A DNA stretch of 64,000 nucleotides from positions 2,784,001 through 2,848,000 of the forward strand of contig OY970342.1 of the NCBI GenBank assembly GCA_963717505.1, given 5' to 3'. Below, one piece after another: positions 9,055-18,746 of this stretch. Source of the DNA: Candidatus Eiseniibacteriota bacterium (lineage in GTDB: Bacteria > Eisenbacteria > RBG-16-71-46). The notes under the pieces were generated by a model that worked only from the letters and a program-made list of their open reading frames with translations, was not told the origin of the DNA and searched no databases. Position 1 is the stretch's first letter; each line of letters begins with the position of its first letter. The position numbers and the translations under genes are program-made.

Positions 9055-10323
9055 GTGGAATTCCTCATTCGCCCATTCCGAAGAGACGCCGATCGTCCGA
9101 TCCTGGTCGACGACACCGGCGGCGAGCCGACGGTGGTTGCGTCCCGCCCGCTGGCCGAAGTGCGTGGCGCCCAGGAAGAGATCGTCCGTTCCGACGCCAA
9201 ACTGGCCGAGCTGATCCTGAATCTGGTCCACGAGACCGCGCGCGCCAGCAGCGACGAGTCGCAGCTCATGGCGGTGATCGCCGAGTTCGCGTTCCGGGCG
9301 TTCCCGGGCGCCACCCACCACGTGCTCGCGGTCAAGGACGCGAACGAACCCGGCGGCTTCCGCACGCTGATCGCCCGCTCGCGGAGCGGCGACGAGCCCG
9401 ACGTGACACTGAGCCGCACCATCGTCTCGCGGGTCATCAGCGAGGGTTTGGCGGTGCTGGTCACCCACACTGAACAGGACATGGCCAAGGTCCACAGCAT
9501 TGCACTCTCGGGGCTGCAGACCGCGATCTGTGCACCCCTGACCCAGGGCGAGACCGCGTTCGGCATCGTCCAGCTCGACATTCGCAATCCCGGCAAGGGC
9601 GTGTTCACCAGCCGCGACGTCGACCTCTTGTCGGTGTTCGCCAGTCAGGTCAGCCTCGCGCTCGACCACCTGCACCTGTTCCAGCAGCAGCGCCGAGCCC
9701 TGCAGTCGACGATCAATGCCCTGGTTCACTCGCTGACCCTCAAGGATCCCGAGACCGCGCATCACTCGGAACGGGTCCAGGCCGTGGCGCTCGAGATCGG
9801 ACGCGAGATGGGTTTGTCGGGCCGCGAGCTCGAGATCATCGGGGTCGCCGCGATCCTCCACGACCTGGGCAAACAGGGCGTGCGCGATGACGTCTTGTTC
9901 AAGCCCGACCGGCTGACCGAGGGCGAGCGGGAAGAGATGGCGCACCACGCGGCCTACACCCAGACCATCCTCGACAAGATCGAGTACCCGGAGCAGCTCC
10001 GGGAGGTCCCCAAGATCGCTGCCTACCACCACGAGAAGATGGACGGCAGCGGGCCATTCGGCATTCCCGGTCCCGAGATCCCGCGCGCCTCGCGCATCAT
10101 CTCGGTTGCCGACGTGTTCGATGCGCTCATGTCGCCGCGCTCGTACAAGGATCCAATGTCGGTCGACCAGGTGGTAGGGATCCTCGAGAAGGGCAAGGGC
10201 GTCGACTGGGATCCGCAAGTGGTCAGCGCTCTGCGGCAGATCATCCCGGATCTCGAAGCATCGCTCTACGCTGCGTCGGCGTCCGCCGCCGAGGCCAGCG
10301 AGCCGCTCGACGAAGCGGCCTGA
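9055..10323 (+). CDS. GAF + HD-GYP domain protein
   Basis: GAF region (LSRTIVSRV...AICAPL...GIVQLD...FTSRDVDLL); HHSERV, LHDLGK, HHEKMDGSGP and VADVFDAL motifs. Confidence 0.9.
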   Translation: MEFLIRPFRRDADRPILVDDTGGEPTVVASRPLAEVRGAQEEIVRSDAKLAELILNLVHETARASSDESQLMAVIAEFAFRAFPGATHHVLAVKDANEPGGFRTLIARSRSGDEPDVTLSRTIVSRVISEGLAVLVTHTEQDMAKVHSIALSGLQTAICAPLTQGETAFGIVQLDIRNPGKGVFTSRDVDLLSVFASQVSLALDHLHLFQQQRRALQSTINALVHSLTLKDPETAHHSERVQAVALEIGREMGLSGRELEIIGVAAILHDLGKQGVRDDVLFKPDRLTEGEREEMAHHAAYTQTILDKIEYPEQLREVPKIAAYHHEKMDGSGPFGIPGPEIPRASRIISVADVFDALMSPRSYKDPMSVDQVVGILEKGKGVDWDPQVVSALRQIIPDLEASLYAASASAAEASEPLDEAA

Positions 10324-10400
10324 CGCTCGTCGCACCCGCAGAACCCCCGCATTCTCGCCCGCATCCCGCCAACGAATCGACTTTGCCTGGCCGCCCCCGA

Positions 10401-11471
10401 TCAGGCGGCGAAGTCCTGGGGCAGATACTTCTCGAAGGCGATGCGGTCGATGGCGTGCTCGTAGGCTTCCTCGCCGCTGATCGTTTCCTTCTTGACCATT
10501 TCGCCGAGCACGGAGTCGAGCGCCTGCATGCCGATCCGGCCGCCGGCCTGGATCGCGTTGGTCAGCTTGTGGCTGTTGCCGCTGCGGATCATCGAGGACA
10601 CCGCGTGGGTGGTGACCATGACCTCGGCGGCGACCACCCGACCCGAGCCGTCGGAGCGCCGCACCAGCTGCTGTGAGACCACCAGCCGCAAGCTGTCGGC
10701 GAGCATGGCGCGGATTTGGTCCTGGCGCCGAGGCGGGAAGACGTTGACGATCCGGTCGATCGAGCGCACGGCGCCGTTGGTGTGCAGCGTGCCGAACACC
10801 TGAATGCCGGTCTCGGCGGCGGTCAGCGCCAGGCTGATGGTCTCCAGGTCGCGCATTTCGCCGAGCAGGATGACGTCCGGATCCTCGCGCACGGCGCTGC
10901 GCAGCGCCTCGGAGAAGCTGGGCACGTGGGCGCCGACCTCGCGCTGGGTGAACAGGCACTTCTTGACCTGGTGGACGAACTCGATCGGGTCTTCGATCGT
11001 GATGATGTGTCCGTGGCGCATGCCGTTGATGTAGTCGAGCATGCTGGCCAGCGTCGTCGACTTGCCCGATCCGGTCGGACCGGTGACCAGAGTCAGCCCC
11101 TTCGGCACCTCGATGATGTTCTTGACCACCGTCGGAATGCCGATCGCGTCGATGTTCGGGATGTCGGTCGGGATCACGCGAAAAGCGGCGGCGAGGCCGG
11201 ACGAATGGCGGTAGACGTTGACCCGGAATCGCCCGAGCGACTCCGAGGAGTAGGCGAGATCGACCGCGTACTGGCTGGCCAGGGTCTCTTTGTGCTCGCG
11301 ACTCAAGATTTCGACCAGTAGGTCTTCGACGTCGGTGGTCGACAGGTCGCGGAACCGAACCGGGGCCAGATTGCCGTTGACCCGGATGCGCGGCACCTGC
11401 CCCGAGACCAGATGCAGGTCGGATCCGCCCTGCTTTACCACCAGCTCGAGGAACGTGTCGATGCGTTTCAT
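10401..11471 (-). CDS. pilT: PilT/PilU-family type IV pilus retraction ATPase
   Basis: GSDLHL, Walker A GPTGSGKST, TIEDPIE, REDPDVILLGEMRD and GTLHT motifs; start MKRIDTFL. Confidence 0.92.
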   Translation of the reverse strand: MKRIDTFLELVVKQGGSDLHLVSGQVPRIRVNGNLAPVRFRDLSTTDVEDLLVEILSREHKETLASQYAVDLAYSSESLGRFRVNVYRHSSGLAAAFRVIPTDIPNIDAIGIPTVVKNIIEVPKGLTLVTGPTGSGKSTTLASMLDYINGMRHGHIITIEDPIEFVHQVKKCLFTQREVGAHVPSFSEALRSAVREDPDVILLGEMRDLETISLALTAAETGIQVFGTLHTNGAVRSIDRIVNVFPPRRQDQIRAMLADSLRLVVSQQLVRRSDGSGRVVAAEVMVTTHAVSSMIRSGNSHKLTNAIQAGGRIGMQALDSVLGEMVKKETISGEEAYEHAIDRIAFEKYLPQDFAA

Positions 11472-11473
11472 GG

Positions 11474-12592
11474 CTACGCCGCCCGTCCTTCGGCGTCGCC
11501 GCTCGGGGCGCCGGCCATCAGGTTCAACAGCTCGGGACGGGTCACGAACGGCGCGAAGCCGAATTTGTCGGTGGCCTTGAGGAATGCCTCGTCCGGGTCG
11601 ATGTCGCCGGCGCGCACCATGGCGAGCAGCGACTGGTCCATCAGCTGCATGCCCATGCGGCGACCGGTGATGATGGCCCCCGGGATCTGGAACGTCTTGC
11701 CTTCGCGGATCAACTGGGCGACCGCCAGGGTGACCACGAGGATCTCGGCGGCCGCTCGGCGTCCGCGCCCGTCGGCGACGCGGACCAGCTCCTGGCTGAT
11801 CACGCACTTGAGGTTGTCCGCCAGCGAGTGACGCACCTGCGCCTGGGCGTCGACCGGCAGGGCGTCGACCATGCGATCGATGGTCGCGGCCGCACCTCGG
11901 GTGTGCAGCGTGCCGAACACCAAGTGGCCGGTTTCGGCGGCCTCGAGCGCCAGCGCGATGGTTTCCGAATCGCGCAGCTCACCGACCAGGATCACGTCCG
12001 GATCCTCACGTAGCGCCGAACGCAGGCCGTCTTTGAACGAGAGGACGTGGGTGCCGACCTCGCGCTGGACGACCAGTGACTTGGCGCTCTCGTACTGGAA
12101 CTCGATCGGCTCCTCGAGCGTGAGCACCATGAGATCCTGCGTCTGGTTGATCTCGTTGATCATGGCCGCGAGCGTCGTGGACTTGCCGGTGCCCGTCGCT
12201 CCGGTGACCAGGACCAGGCCCGAACTGAAGCTGGTGAATCGCGAGAGAATGTTCGGCATCCCGAGGTCGGCCAGCCGCGGCACCGCGCTCGGGACGACGC
12301 GGCAGGAGATGCCGATGCCGCGCAGATGTCGGCAGACGTTGATCCGGAATCGCCCGACCGCTTCCGCGGCGTACGACAGGTCGACGCTGCCGCGCTCGTG
12401 GAACACGCTGCGCTGCGATTCGCTCAGGATCTCGTCGATGATGCCTTCGGCCTCTTCCTGGGTCAGCGAGCGGTACTTGATCGGGACCAGCTGGCCGTCG
12501 AGGCGCACCAGCGGCGGTTGGCCGACGCTGAAGTGGATGTCGGAGCCGCCCTGCTCCCGGCCGATCTGCAGGAACGCATCGATGCGCGGCAT
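11474..12592 (-). CDS. pilT: PilT/PilU-family type IV pilus retraction ATPase (second paralog)
   Basis: GSDIH, GATGTGKST, TLEEPIE, REDPDVILVGELRD, GTLHT and AQLIREGK motifs. Confidence 0.92.
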   Translation of the reverse strand: MPRIDAFLQIGREQGGSDIHFSVGQPPLVRLDGQLVPIKYRSLTQEEAEGIIDEILSESQRSVFHERGSVDLSYAAEAVGRFRINVCRHLRGIGISCRVVPSAVPRLADLGMPNILSRFTSFSSGLVLVTGATGTGKSTTLAAMINEINQTQDLMVLTLEEPIEFQYESAKSLVVQREVGTHVLSFKDGLRSALREDPDVILVGELRDSETIALALEAAETGHLVFGTLHTRGAAATIDRMVDALPVDAQAQVRHSLADNLKCVISQELVRVADGRGRRAAAEILVVTLAVAQLIREGKTFQIPGAIITGRRMGMQLMDQSLLAMVRAGDIDPDEAFLKATDKFGFAPFVTRPELLNLMAGAPSGDAEGRAA

Positions 12593-12609
12593 GGCTTCCT
12601 AGGGCGCGG

Positions 12610-14979
12610 TCAGGCCGCGGCCCGCAACATCCCGAGCAAGTCCAGGGCGGACGCGGGCCGGTCCTTGGGGTCTTTTGCGATCGCGCGCATGACGAAGCGC
12701 TCCACGTGTTCGGGAACGTCCGGAACCAGCTCGCGCAGCGGCGTCACCTGGCCTTCGACGTGGCGGAAGAGCACGTTCACCGCGTTCTCTCCGTAGAACG
12801 CCTGCCTTCCGGAGAGCATCTCGTAGAGCACGACGCCAAACGAGTAGATGTCGGCGCGGCCATCGATGTCGGCGCCGGTGATCTGCTCGGGGGAGATGTA
12901 TTCCGGCGTGCCGACCAGGATGCCGCTCTTGGTCAGTCGTGATCCGGCGCCGGTGCCGGCGGAGGCAAGGCCGAAGTCGACGATCTTGGTCTGGTCGTCC
13001 TTGCCGATCAGGATGTTCGCCGGCTTGATGTCGCGATGGATGACCGAGACTTCGTGGGCCGCGGCCAGCCCTTCACACACCTGACAGGCGATCTTGAGCG
13101 TGCGGTCGACGGGGAGCGTGCCTTGGAGCTTGAGCAGCCGACCGAGATCCTGCGACTCGAAGTACTCCATCGAAATCGCGTGCTGGCCGCCGAGATCGAC
13201 CAGGTCGTAGATGCGGATCACGTTCGGATGGCTGATGCGCCGCGTGTACTTGAGCTCCTGAACGAAGCGCCGAATCATGCTCTCGTCGAGCGCCAGGTGC
13301 GGGCTCAGGACCTTGAGCACCAGTTCCTCGCGCACGATGACGTCCTCGACCAGGTAGACGGTGCCGAAGCCGCCGCCACCGATCTTGCGCACGACTCGGT
13401 AGCGATCGAGCAGCCGAACGCCGGGCGGCAGGTTCTGGTAGTCGCGGACAGGGGCGCTCGGGATCGGGGAAGCGGATGGCACCGGGGACGCGCTCCGGTC
13501 CTGAGGCGTCGGCGAGGGACGACCCTCGATGTCGGAGCGGCCCGGGTCCTGGTCGGGATCGGAGCGGCGCTTGCGCACCTCGAGCGGGCGCAGGCCGTCG
13601 CGGTCGCGCGCGGCCCCGGTGGCGTCGAGCGCCTCCTGGACCAGCCGGCGCTCCATCTCGGGCATCTCGACCTTGGCCAGCGCGGTGAGCGCATGGATCG
13701 CCTCGCGTCGGACCTCGGCGCTCTCGGATTGGGTCATGCGATAGACCGGGTCGACCGCGCGCGGATCGCCGAGTGCCCCCAGTGCGCGCAGGCACAGGGG
13801 AATCGCCCGGGTCTCGCGTTCCATGAGCCGCATGATCGGGACGACCGCGCGCTCGTCGCCGGTTTTCGCCAGGGCATCGATGGCGCGCTCGTGCACCCAC
13901 CAGTCCTGGTCGTCGAGCGCCTTGATCAGAGGTTCGACGGCGCGTTCATCGGGAACCGTGTTGAGAATCTCGACCGCGTAGCGGCGGATGTACTCGTCCT
14001 TGTCGTCGAGCAGCGAAATGACCGCGTCGACGACGCGATCCCCGCCCAGTGAGCCGAGCGCATCGGCGGCGCGTACGCGCACCCACCAGTCGGCGTCGCG
14101 TAGGGCCGACACCAGGTCCTTGATGGCGTCGACCGTGACCACCTGATTGAGCACCTCGACCGCCCCGCGGCGCGCCTGCTCCGATTCGTCCTTGAGGACC
14201 TCGACCAGGTGCGGCACGGCGGAAACGTCGCCGATCGCGATCAGGGCGTCGATCGCCGCCGTGTGGATCTTGATGTCCGGATCGCGCAGGTTCTGGCACA
14301 GGCCGGGGATCGCGGCCACGGCCTTGAGTCGCCCCAGGCACTGCACCGCCTCGAGGCGCACGCCGCGATTCTCGTCCTTGAGCAGGCGAATGACCGTCTC
14401 GATTCCCGCTTCGCTCGGGAAGCGCGCCAGGAGTTTGGCCATGTTCAGGCGCAGCCACCACTCGGCGTGGACCGCGAGACGGATCGCTTCGGCGGCGATG
14501 CTGCTGTCCGCGTGCTTCTCGAGAATGCGGAAGATGACGCCGCGGGCGTCCTTGCTCAGGTCCGGCAGCAGGCTGATCAGCATCCGCGGCTGAATGCCCT
14601 TCATCTGCGCCGAGAGGATGGCCTCCAACCGCGCCTTGGAGACCCGCGAGTCGGTGAACAGCTCGAGCAGGCGCGTCGGGTCGTAGTTCTGGGAGCGAGA
14701 CAGGGCCGTGCTGACGCCGTCGACGGTCTGGGGATCGGTCGAGGTCAGGGCATCGAAGAAGATCGGGAGCGTCTCGTTGTTGACCAGGCGCTCGAGGACC
14801 TCGAGTGCGGCGTCACGGGCTTCCGCCGAATGGAGCGAATCGAGGACCGAGCGGATCGAGGCGGGGCCGAGCGAGACCAGCTGATCCTTGACGTCGCCAA
14901 GCCGGCCGTCCGGTCCGGCCGTGGCCGAACCGAGCTGCTTCGCGATATGACCCGCCTGGATCTTTTTGAACAGGCGCAT
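12610..14979 (-). CDS. HEAT-repeat (PBS lyase-like) + Hanks-type Ser/Thr protein kinase, cytoplasmic
   Basis: Repeats such as LRDADWWVRVRAADALG; kinase motifs IGGGGFGTVY, HRDIKPAN, DFGLA and GTPEYISPEQ; no TM segment evident. Confidence 0.92.
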   Translation of the reverse strand: MRLFKKIQAGHIAKQLGSATAGPDGRLGDVKDQLVSLGPASIRSVLDSLHSAEARDAALEVLERLVNNETLPIFFDALTSTDPQTVDGVSTALSRSQNYDPTRLLELFTDSRVSKARLEAILSAQMKGIQPRMLISLLPDLSKDARGVIFRILEKHADSSIAAEAIRLAVHAEWWLRLNMAKLLARFPSEAGIETVIRLLKDENRGVRLEAVQCLGRLKAVAAIPGLCQNLRDPDIKIHTAAIDALIAIGDVSAVPHLVEVLKDESEQARRGAVEVLNQVVTVDAIKDLVSALRDADWWVRVRAADALGSLGGDRVVDAVISLLDDKDEYIRRYAVEILNTVPDERAVEPLIKALDDQDWWVHERAIDALAKTGDERAVVPIMRLMERETRAIPLCLRALGALGDPRAVDPVYRMTQSESAEVRREAIHALTALAKVEMPEMERRLVQEALDATGAARDRDGLRPLEVRKRRSDPDQDPGRSDIEGRPSPTPQDRSASPVPSASPIPSAPVRDYQNLPPGVRLLDRYRVVRKIGGGGFGTVYLVEDVIVREELVLKVLSPHLALDESMIRRFVQELKYTRRISHPNVIRIYDLVDLGGQHAISMEYFESQDLGRLLKLQGTLPVDRTLKIACQVCEGLAAAHEVSVIHRDIKPANILIGKDDQTKIVDFGLASAGTGAGSRLTKSGILVGTPEYISPEQITGADIDGRADIYSFGVVLYEMLSGRQAFYGENAVNVLFRHVEGQVTPLRELVPDVPEHVERFVMRAIAKDPKDRPASALDLLGMLRAAA

Positions 14980-15014
14980 TCACGCTCCATCGGCCCGGCT
15001 GCCGAGGCCCGAAC

Positions 15015-15596
15015 CTATCGGATGATGAACCAGGCCGCCGCCGCGCCCACCGACGTCGCGACGATCAGCGCGATGCCGATGGCGATCAGCGTCGCGGCTC
15101 GAGACCAGCGTTTCTCCGGGGTCATGGGCGCCCGGCCGCGGGAGGCAGGGTCGGGTCCTGTCGGGGCCACGATGTCCTGCTCGCGCGAGATGTTCATCAG
15201 GTGATTGATCTCGGCGGTCGACAGCATCATCGTCGGCTGAGCGGCGTCGCCAGCGGGCGCTGCCGCCGGTTCCGTGGTCGCGCGACGATCGCGCTCCAGG
15301 CTGATCCACAACGAGAACTTGCCGAGGCGGATCACGTCGTTGTTGTACAAGTAGGCCGTCTTGATCCGCTCCTCGTTCAGGAACGTGCCGTTCGCGCTGT
15401 TGAGGTCGCGTACTGTGTAGTGCCCTTTGGGCGTTCGCTCGAACTGCAGATGAATGCGCGAGATGCTGGAGTTGTCCAGCACGATGTCGCACTCATCGCT
15501 GCGCCCGCAGGTGATGACCGGTTTGTCGAACGTGTAGCTCTTGAGGGGACGCCCCTTGAGCGACAGCCGGATGCGAAGGACATTGTCCTCAGCCAT
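15015..15596 (-). CDS. FHA domain protein with C-terminal transmembrane anchor
   Basis: CGRSDECDIVLDNSSISRIH and DLNSANGTFLN FHA motifs; hydrophobic C-terminus; GGAG upstream of ATG 15596. Confidence 0.88.
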   Translation of the reverse strand: MAEDNVLRIRLSLKGRPLKSYTFDKPVITCGRSDECDIVLDNSSISRIHLQFERTPKGHYTVRDLNSANGTFLNEERIKTAYLYNNDVIRLGKFSLWISLERDRRATTEPAAAPAGDAAQPTMMLSTAEINHLMNISREQDIVAPTGPDPASRGRAPMTPEKRWSRAATLIAIGIALIVATSVGAAAAWFIIR

Positions 15597-15691
15597 TCGA
15601 TCAGCTCCATTGCAGATTGCCCGGGGGAGCCCATTTGGCCCCAACCGGCCGGTTTCACGCGGCGCACGTGCGTGATTTGCCGGCACTTCCC

Positions 15692-15720
15692 CTATCGGCC
15701 GGGGCGGGATCGTGACTTGA
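15692..15720 (-). promoter_or_regulatory. Putative sigma28-like promoter for the FHA-kinase-PilT-PilT operon
   Basis: Minus strand reads TCAAG-N16-GCCGATAG. Confidence 0.55.
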
Positions 15721-15738
15721 GGGCAAAAAGGGGCAGGA

Positions 15739-16530
15739 CTAGGCCCCGAGGCGGTCCCGGAGCTCCCGTGCCCGGGTCCGGCTGACCGGAACCTCGGTTC
15801 GGGCGGAATCGCGCAGCTGGAGCCGGTAGGTGCCGGCAAATGCGGGCCGCAGGGCGGCTGCCCAGTCCAGGTTGACGATTGCCGAGCGATGGACCCGGGC
15901 GAAGCGGGCGGGATCGAGCCGCCGCTCGAGCTGATCGAGCGTGAAGTTGACGTAGTGCCGGTCGCGCTCGGTGGCGACGAACACGAGTTTGTCGTCGGCG
16001 CCAAACCACAGCACTTCCTCGGCCCTGAGGATGACCTGCCGGGCGCCGACCCGAACAGTGAATCGTTCGAGCCAGGGCGCTGACGCGCGCCCGGCGTCGA
16101 GGCCGGTCAGAAGTTCGGTCAATCGCCGCGACAGATCCTCGGGATGCTCGAGTTCCCGGCGCGCCCGCGCCAGGGCCTCGGCGAGCCGCTCGGCGCGAAA
16201 CGGCTTGAGCAGGTAGTCGACCGCGTTCTCCTCGAACGCGCGCACCGCGTAGTGGTCGAAGGCGGTCACGAACACCACCGCCGGGCGTGGGTCGAGCGAG
16301 GCGAGCAGCTGGAAGCCATCCTCTTCGGGCATCTGGATGTCGAGCAGCACGACGTCCGGGTGAAGCTCGGCGATCCGGCGGCGCGCCTCGGCCGCGGACC
16401 CCGCCTCGCCGACCAGGGTGACGCCGGGAAGCTCGCCCAGGATGCGGCGGGCGCGCGCTCGCGCCAGCGGCTCGTCGTCGACCACCAGAACGCGTAAGGC
16501 CCGATCGGAGCCCACCGGCGGGGGAATCAT
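15739..16530 (-). CDS. LytTR-family response regulator
   Basis: VLVVDDEPLAR, LLDIQMP and DYLLKP receiver motifs; LytTR motif FARVHRSAIVN...VPVSR. Confidence 0.95.
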   Translation of the reverse strand: MIPPPVGSDRALRVLVVDDEPLARARARRILGELPGVTLVGEAGSAAEARRRIAELHPDVVLLDIQMPEEDGFQLLASLDPRPAVVFVTAFDHYAVRAFEENAVDYLLKPFRAERLAEALARARRELEHPEDLSRRLTELLTGLDAGRASAPWLERFTVRVGARQVILRAEEVLWFGADDKLVFVATERDRHYVNFTLDQLERRLDPARFARVHRSAIVNLDWAAALRPAFAGTYRLQLRDSARTEVPVSRTRARELRDRLGA

Positions 16531-16541
16531 GGCCTAGGCGT

Positions 16542-18746
16542 TTACCACGTCAGCGCGAAACCCGCCACGACCATCCGGCGACTGAAGTACGACAGCATCT
16601 CGTGACGTTCGGTGTAGTCCTCGTTGTACGTGTATTCCAGGATGTTCGGAGTATCCAGAACGTTCATCGCCTCAAGGTAGAGGACGCTCAGGCCACTCTC
16701 GGGTAGCCCAAGGCCGGCGGGCATGGTGAACAGCCGGGTGAGCCGGACGTCCAGTCGATGGTACTGGGGCATCTCCGCCGAGTACTCCGGTCCCTCGATC
16801 GGGCGCCACAGATCACGGCTCGGGTCGTACGTGGCGCCGACCACCGGCGTGTAGGGACGACCGGTGGTGAAGCCGAACCGACCGCCCATCTGCCAGAAGC
16901 CCGGAAGCTGGACCGATGCGACCAGGGTCAGCGAGTGGCGCACGCCGTAGGGCGAAGGAACTTCGGTGGTGACGTCGCCTTCGAGGCGGCGGCTGTCGAG
17001 ATAGCCGTACGAAATCCATCCGGTGTAGGGGCCGGACCGGGTGCGCGCGAACAGATCGACGCCGTTGGCTTCGCCATGGCCCTCGTTGGCGTAGTAAGTC
17101 TCGGCCGATTGAGTGACCAGATCGTCGTAGCGCTTGCGATAGAACTCGATCCGCACGTTCGACTCCTCGGCCAGCCACTCGTAGCCGGCAATCACATGGT
17201 CGGCGGCGAGGGGTCCCAGGGTGGGATTGCCGTAGACCGGATCGAGGTATTCGGGGCTCGCCAGCTGATGATAGCGGCCCGCCGCGACGCGCACGGTCTG
17301 GCGGTCGGAGATGCGCCAGGCGAGTGCCGCGCGCGGATCGATCGTCCAGGTGTCCACGAGCGAGGCGCGATCGGCGCGCACGCCGAGCGTCGCGTACACC
17401 GGGCCCCACAGGCGGATCTTGTCTTCGATGTAGCCGCCGGGCATCGACTGACGCGGCCGTGTGTCGTGATAGCGCACCGGTGCGCCCGGCTGGAGGTCGG
17501 TGCTGTCGGCCGGGTAGACGCCGACCAGGTCGTCGGCGCGCCGCGCGAAACGGAAGCCGGTCGACAGCTCGTGCTGCGGCGAGGCAGCCCACACCGCGTC
17601 GAGCTGCGCCTGGATTCGCTTTTCTCGCTCGGTCGCCGCCATCGGGCCGAACGTCCAATCCGACAGGTACTGCTGATATCCGACGTGTCCGCGCAGGGCG
17701 ATGCTGCGGCCGATGCCTTCCTGCCACTGCACCGCGGCGATTTGATTGCGCGACTCACCAGTGTAGACACCCGAGAAGTTGAGATAGTCGGAGCTGACGC
17801 TGGCCCTGTCGCCCGATCCCAGATAGAGGAACGACAATCGGCCGGTGGGCGAGTAGCGGTACAGCAATCGTCCGGCAGCGTCGGCCGAGCGCGGCGCCGA
17901 TACGTAGTCGCGCGAAGCACCGTAGAGCTGCTCGAGCAGCTGCACGTTGCTGGCGCGCACCGAGCCGACCAGCGAGACCTTGTCTGGCACCAGCGCCCAG
18001 CTGGTCGACACGCCGCCGCCCACCAGATTCGCGCCGACCGTGACCGTGCGCAGGTTCATCGGGTCCTGGGTCTCGATGTCCATCACTCCGGAAAGGGCCC
18101 CGCCGTAGCGGGCCGAGAACCCGCCGCTCGAGAAGAAGGCACTCTTGAGCATGTAGGCGTCGAGGGTCGAGAACAGCCCGCCCGAAGCGCCTTCATAGTG
18201 GTAGGGGTGGCCGATCTCGCCACCGTCGAGCCGGACCACGGTCTCCGAGGGATCGCCGCCGCGGACGAACAGCGCAGCGCCCTCGTTGGGTGCGTTGATG
18301 CCCGGCATCGCGCGCAGCGATTGAAACACGTCGGCGGCTCCGCCCGGCGTGGTGAATACATCGATCCGGCGCAAGGTCGCACCCTCGCTCTTGCCGGACT
18401 TGCCGAACGACGAGGCGGCGACCACGACTTCACTGACCGGCACCGGGGCTTCGCGCAACACGATCCGGAGCGGTGCGATGCCGGCCGCAATCACCAGATC
18501 GAGTCGCACCGGCTGGTAGCCGATCTGGGTCGCTTCGAGCACCACCGGCCCCTCGGGCAGTTCCAGCGCGAAAGCGCCCTGAGCGTTGGTCACCGCACCG
18601 GCGCGGAGCGCAGACACCCGCACGTTGGCCAGCTCGACGGGACGCCCGGCCGGGTCGACCACGATTCCGGTGACGCGCGCCGCCCACGCCGGGGCAGCGC
18701 ACAGCGCCACCAGGACGACCGCGAGTACGGCGCGCGCCGGGATCAT
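16542..18746 (-). CDS. TonB-dependent receptor with N-terminal carboxypeptidase-regulatory-like domain
   Basis: Signal peptide MIPARAVL...AWA; plug motifs LRAMPGI, LFVRGG and GGFSARYGGALSGV; barrel ending in aromatic W; ATGA overlap with the upstream TPR gene. Confidence 0.9.
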   Translation of the reverse strand: MIPARAVLAVVLVALCAAPAWAARVTGIVVDPAGRPVELANVRVSALRAGAVTNAQGAFALELPEGPVVLEATQIGYQPVRLDLVIAAGIAPLRIVLREAPVPVSEVVVAASSFGKSGKSEGATLRRIDVFTTPGGAADVFQSLRAMPGINAPNEGAALFVRGGDPSETVVRLDGGEIGHPYHYEGASGGLFSTLDAYMLKSAFFSSGGFSARYGGALSGVMDIETQDPMNLRTVTVGANLVGGGVSTSWALVPDKVSLVGSVRASNVQLLEQLYGASRDYVSAPRSADAAGRLLYRYSPTGRLSFLYLGSGDRASVSSDYLNFSGVYTGESRNQIAAVQWQEGIGRSIALRGHVGYQQYLSDWTFGPMAATEREKRIQAQLDAVWAASPQHELSTGFRFARRADDLVGVYPADSTDLQPGAPVRYHDTRPRQSMPGGYIEDKIRLWGPVYATLGVRADRASLVDTWTIDPRAALAWRISDRQTVRVAAGRYHQLASPEYLDPVYGNPTLGPLAADHVIAGYEWLAEESNVRIEFYRKRYDDLVTQSAETYYANEGHGEANGVDLFARTRSGPYTGWISYGYLDSRRLEGDVTTEVPSPYGVRHSLTLVASVQLPGFWQMGGRFGFTTGRPYTPVVGATYDPSRDLWRPIEGPEYSAEMPQYHRLDVRLTRLFTMPAGLGLPESGLSVLYLEAMNVLDTPNILEYTYNEDYTERHEMLSYFSRRMVVAGFALTW

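Noticed and set aside
7606-10959. 1117-aa ORF as one giant HD-GYP fusion
   Set aside because: The first ~685 aa are the antisense shadow of the GAF-HD-GYP gene and an off-frame reading of pilT; protein-like sequence starts at 8904.
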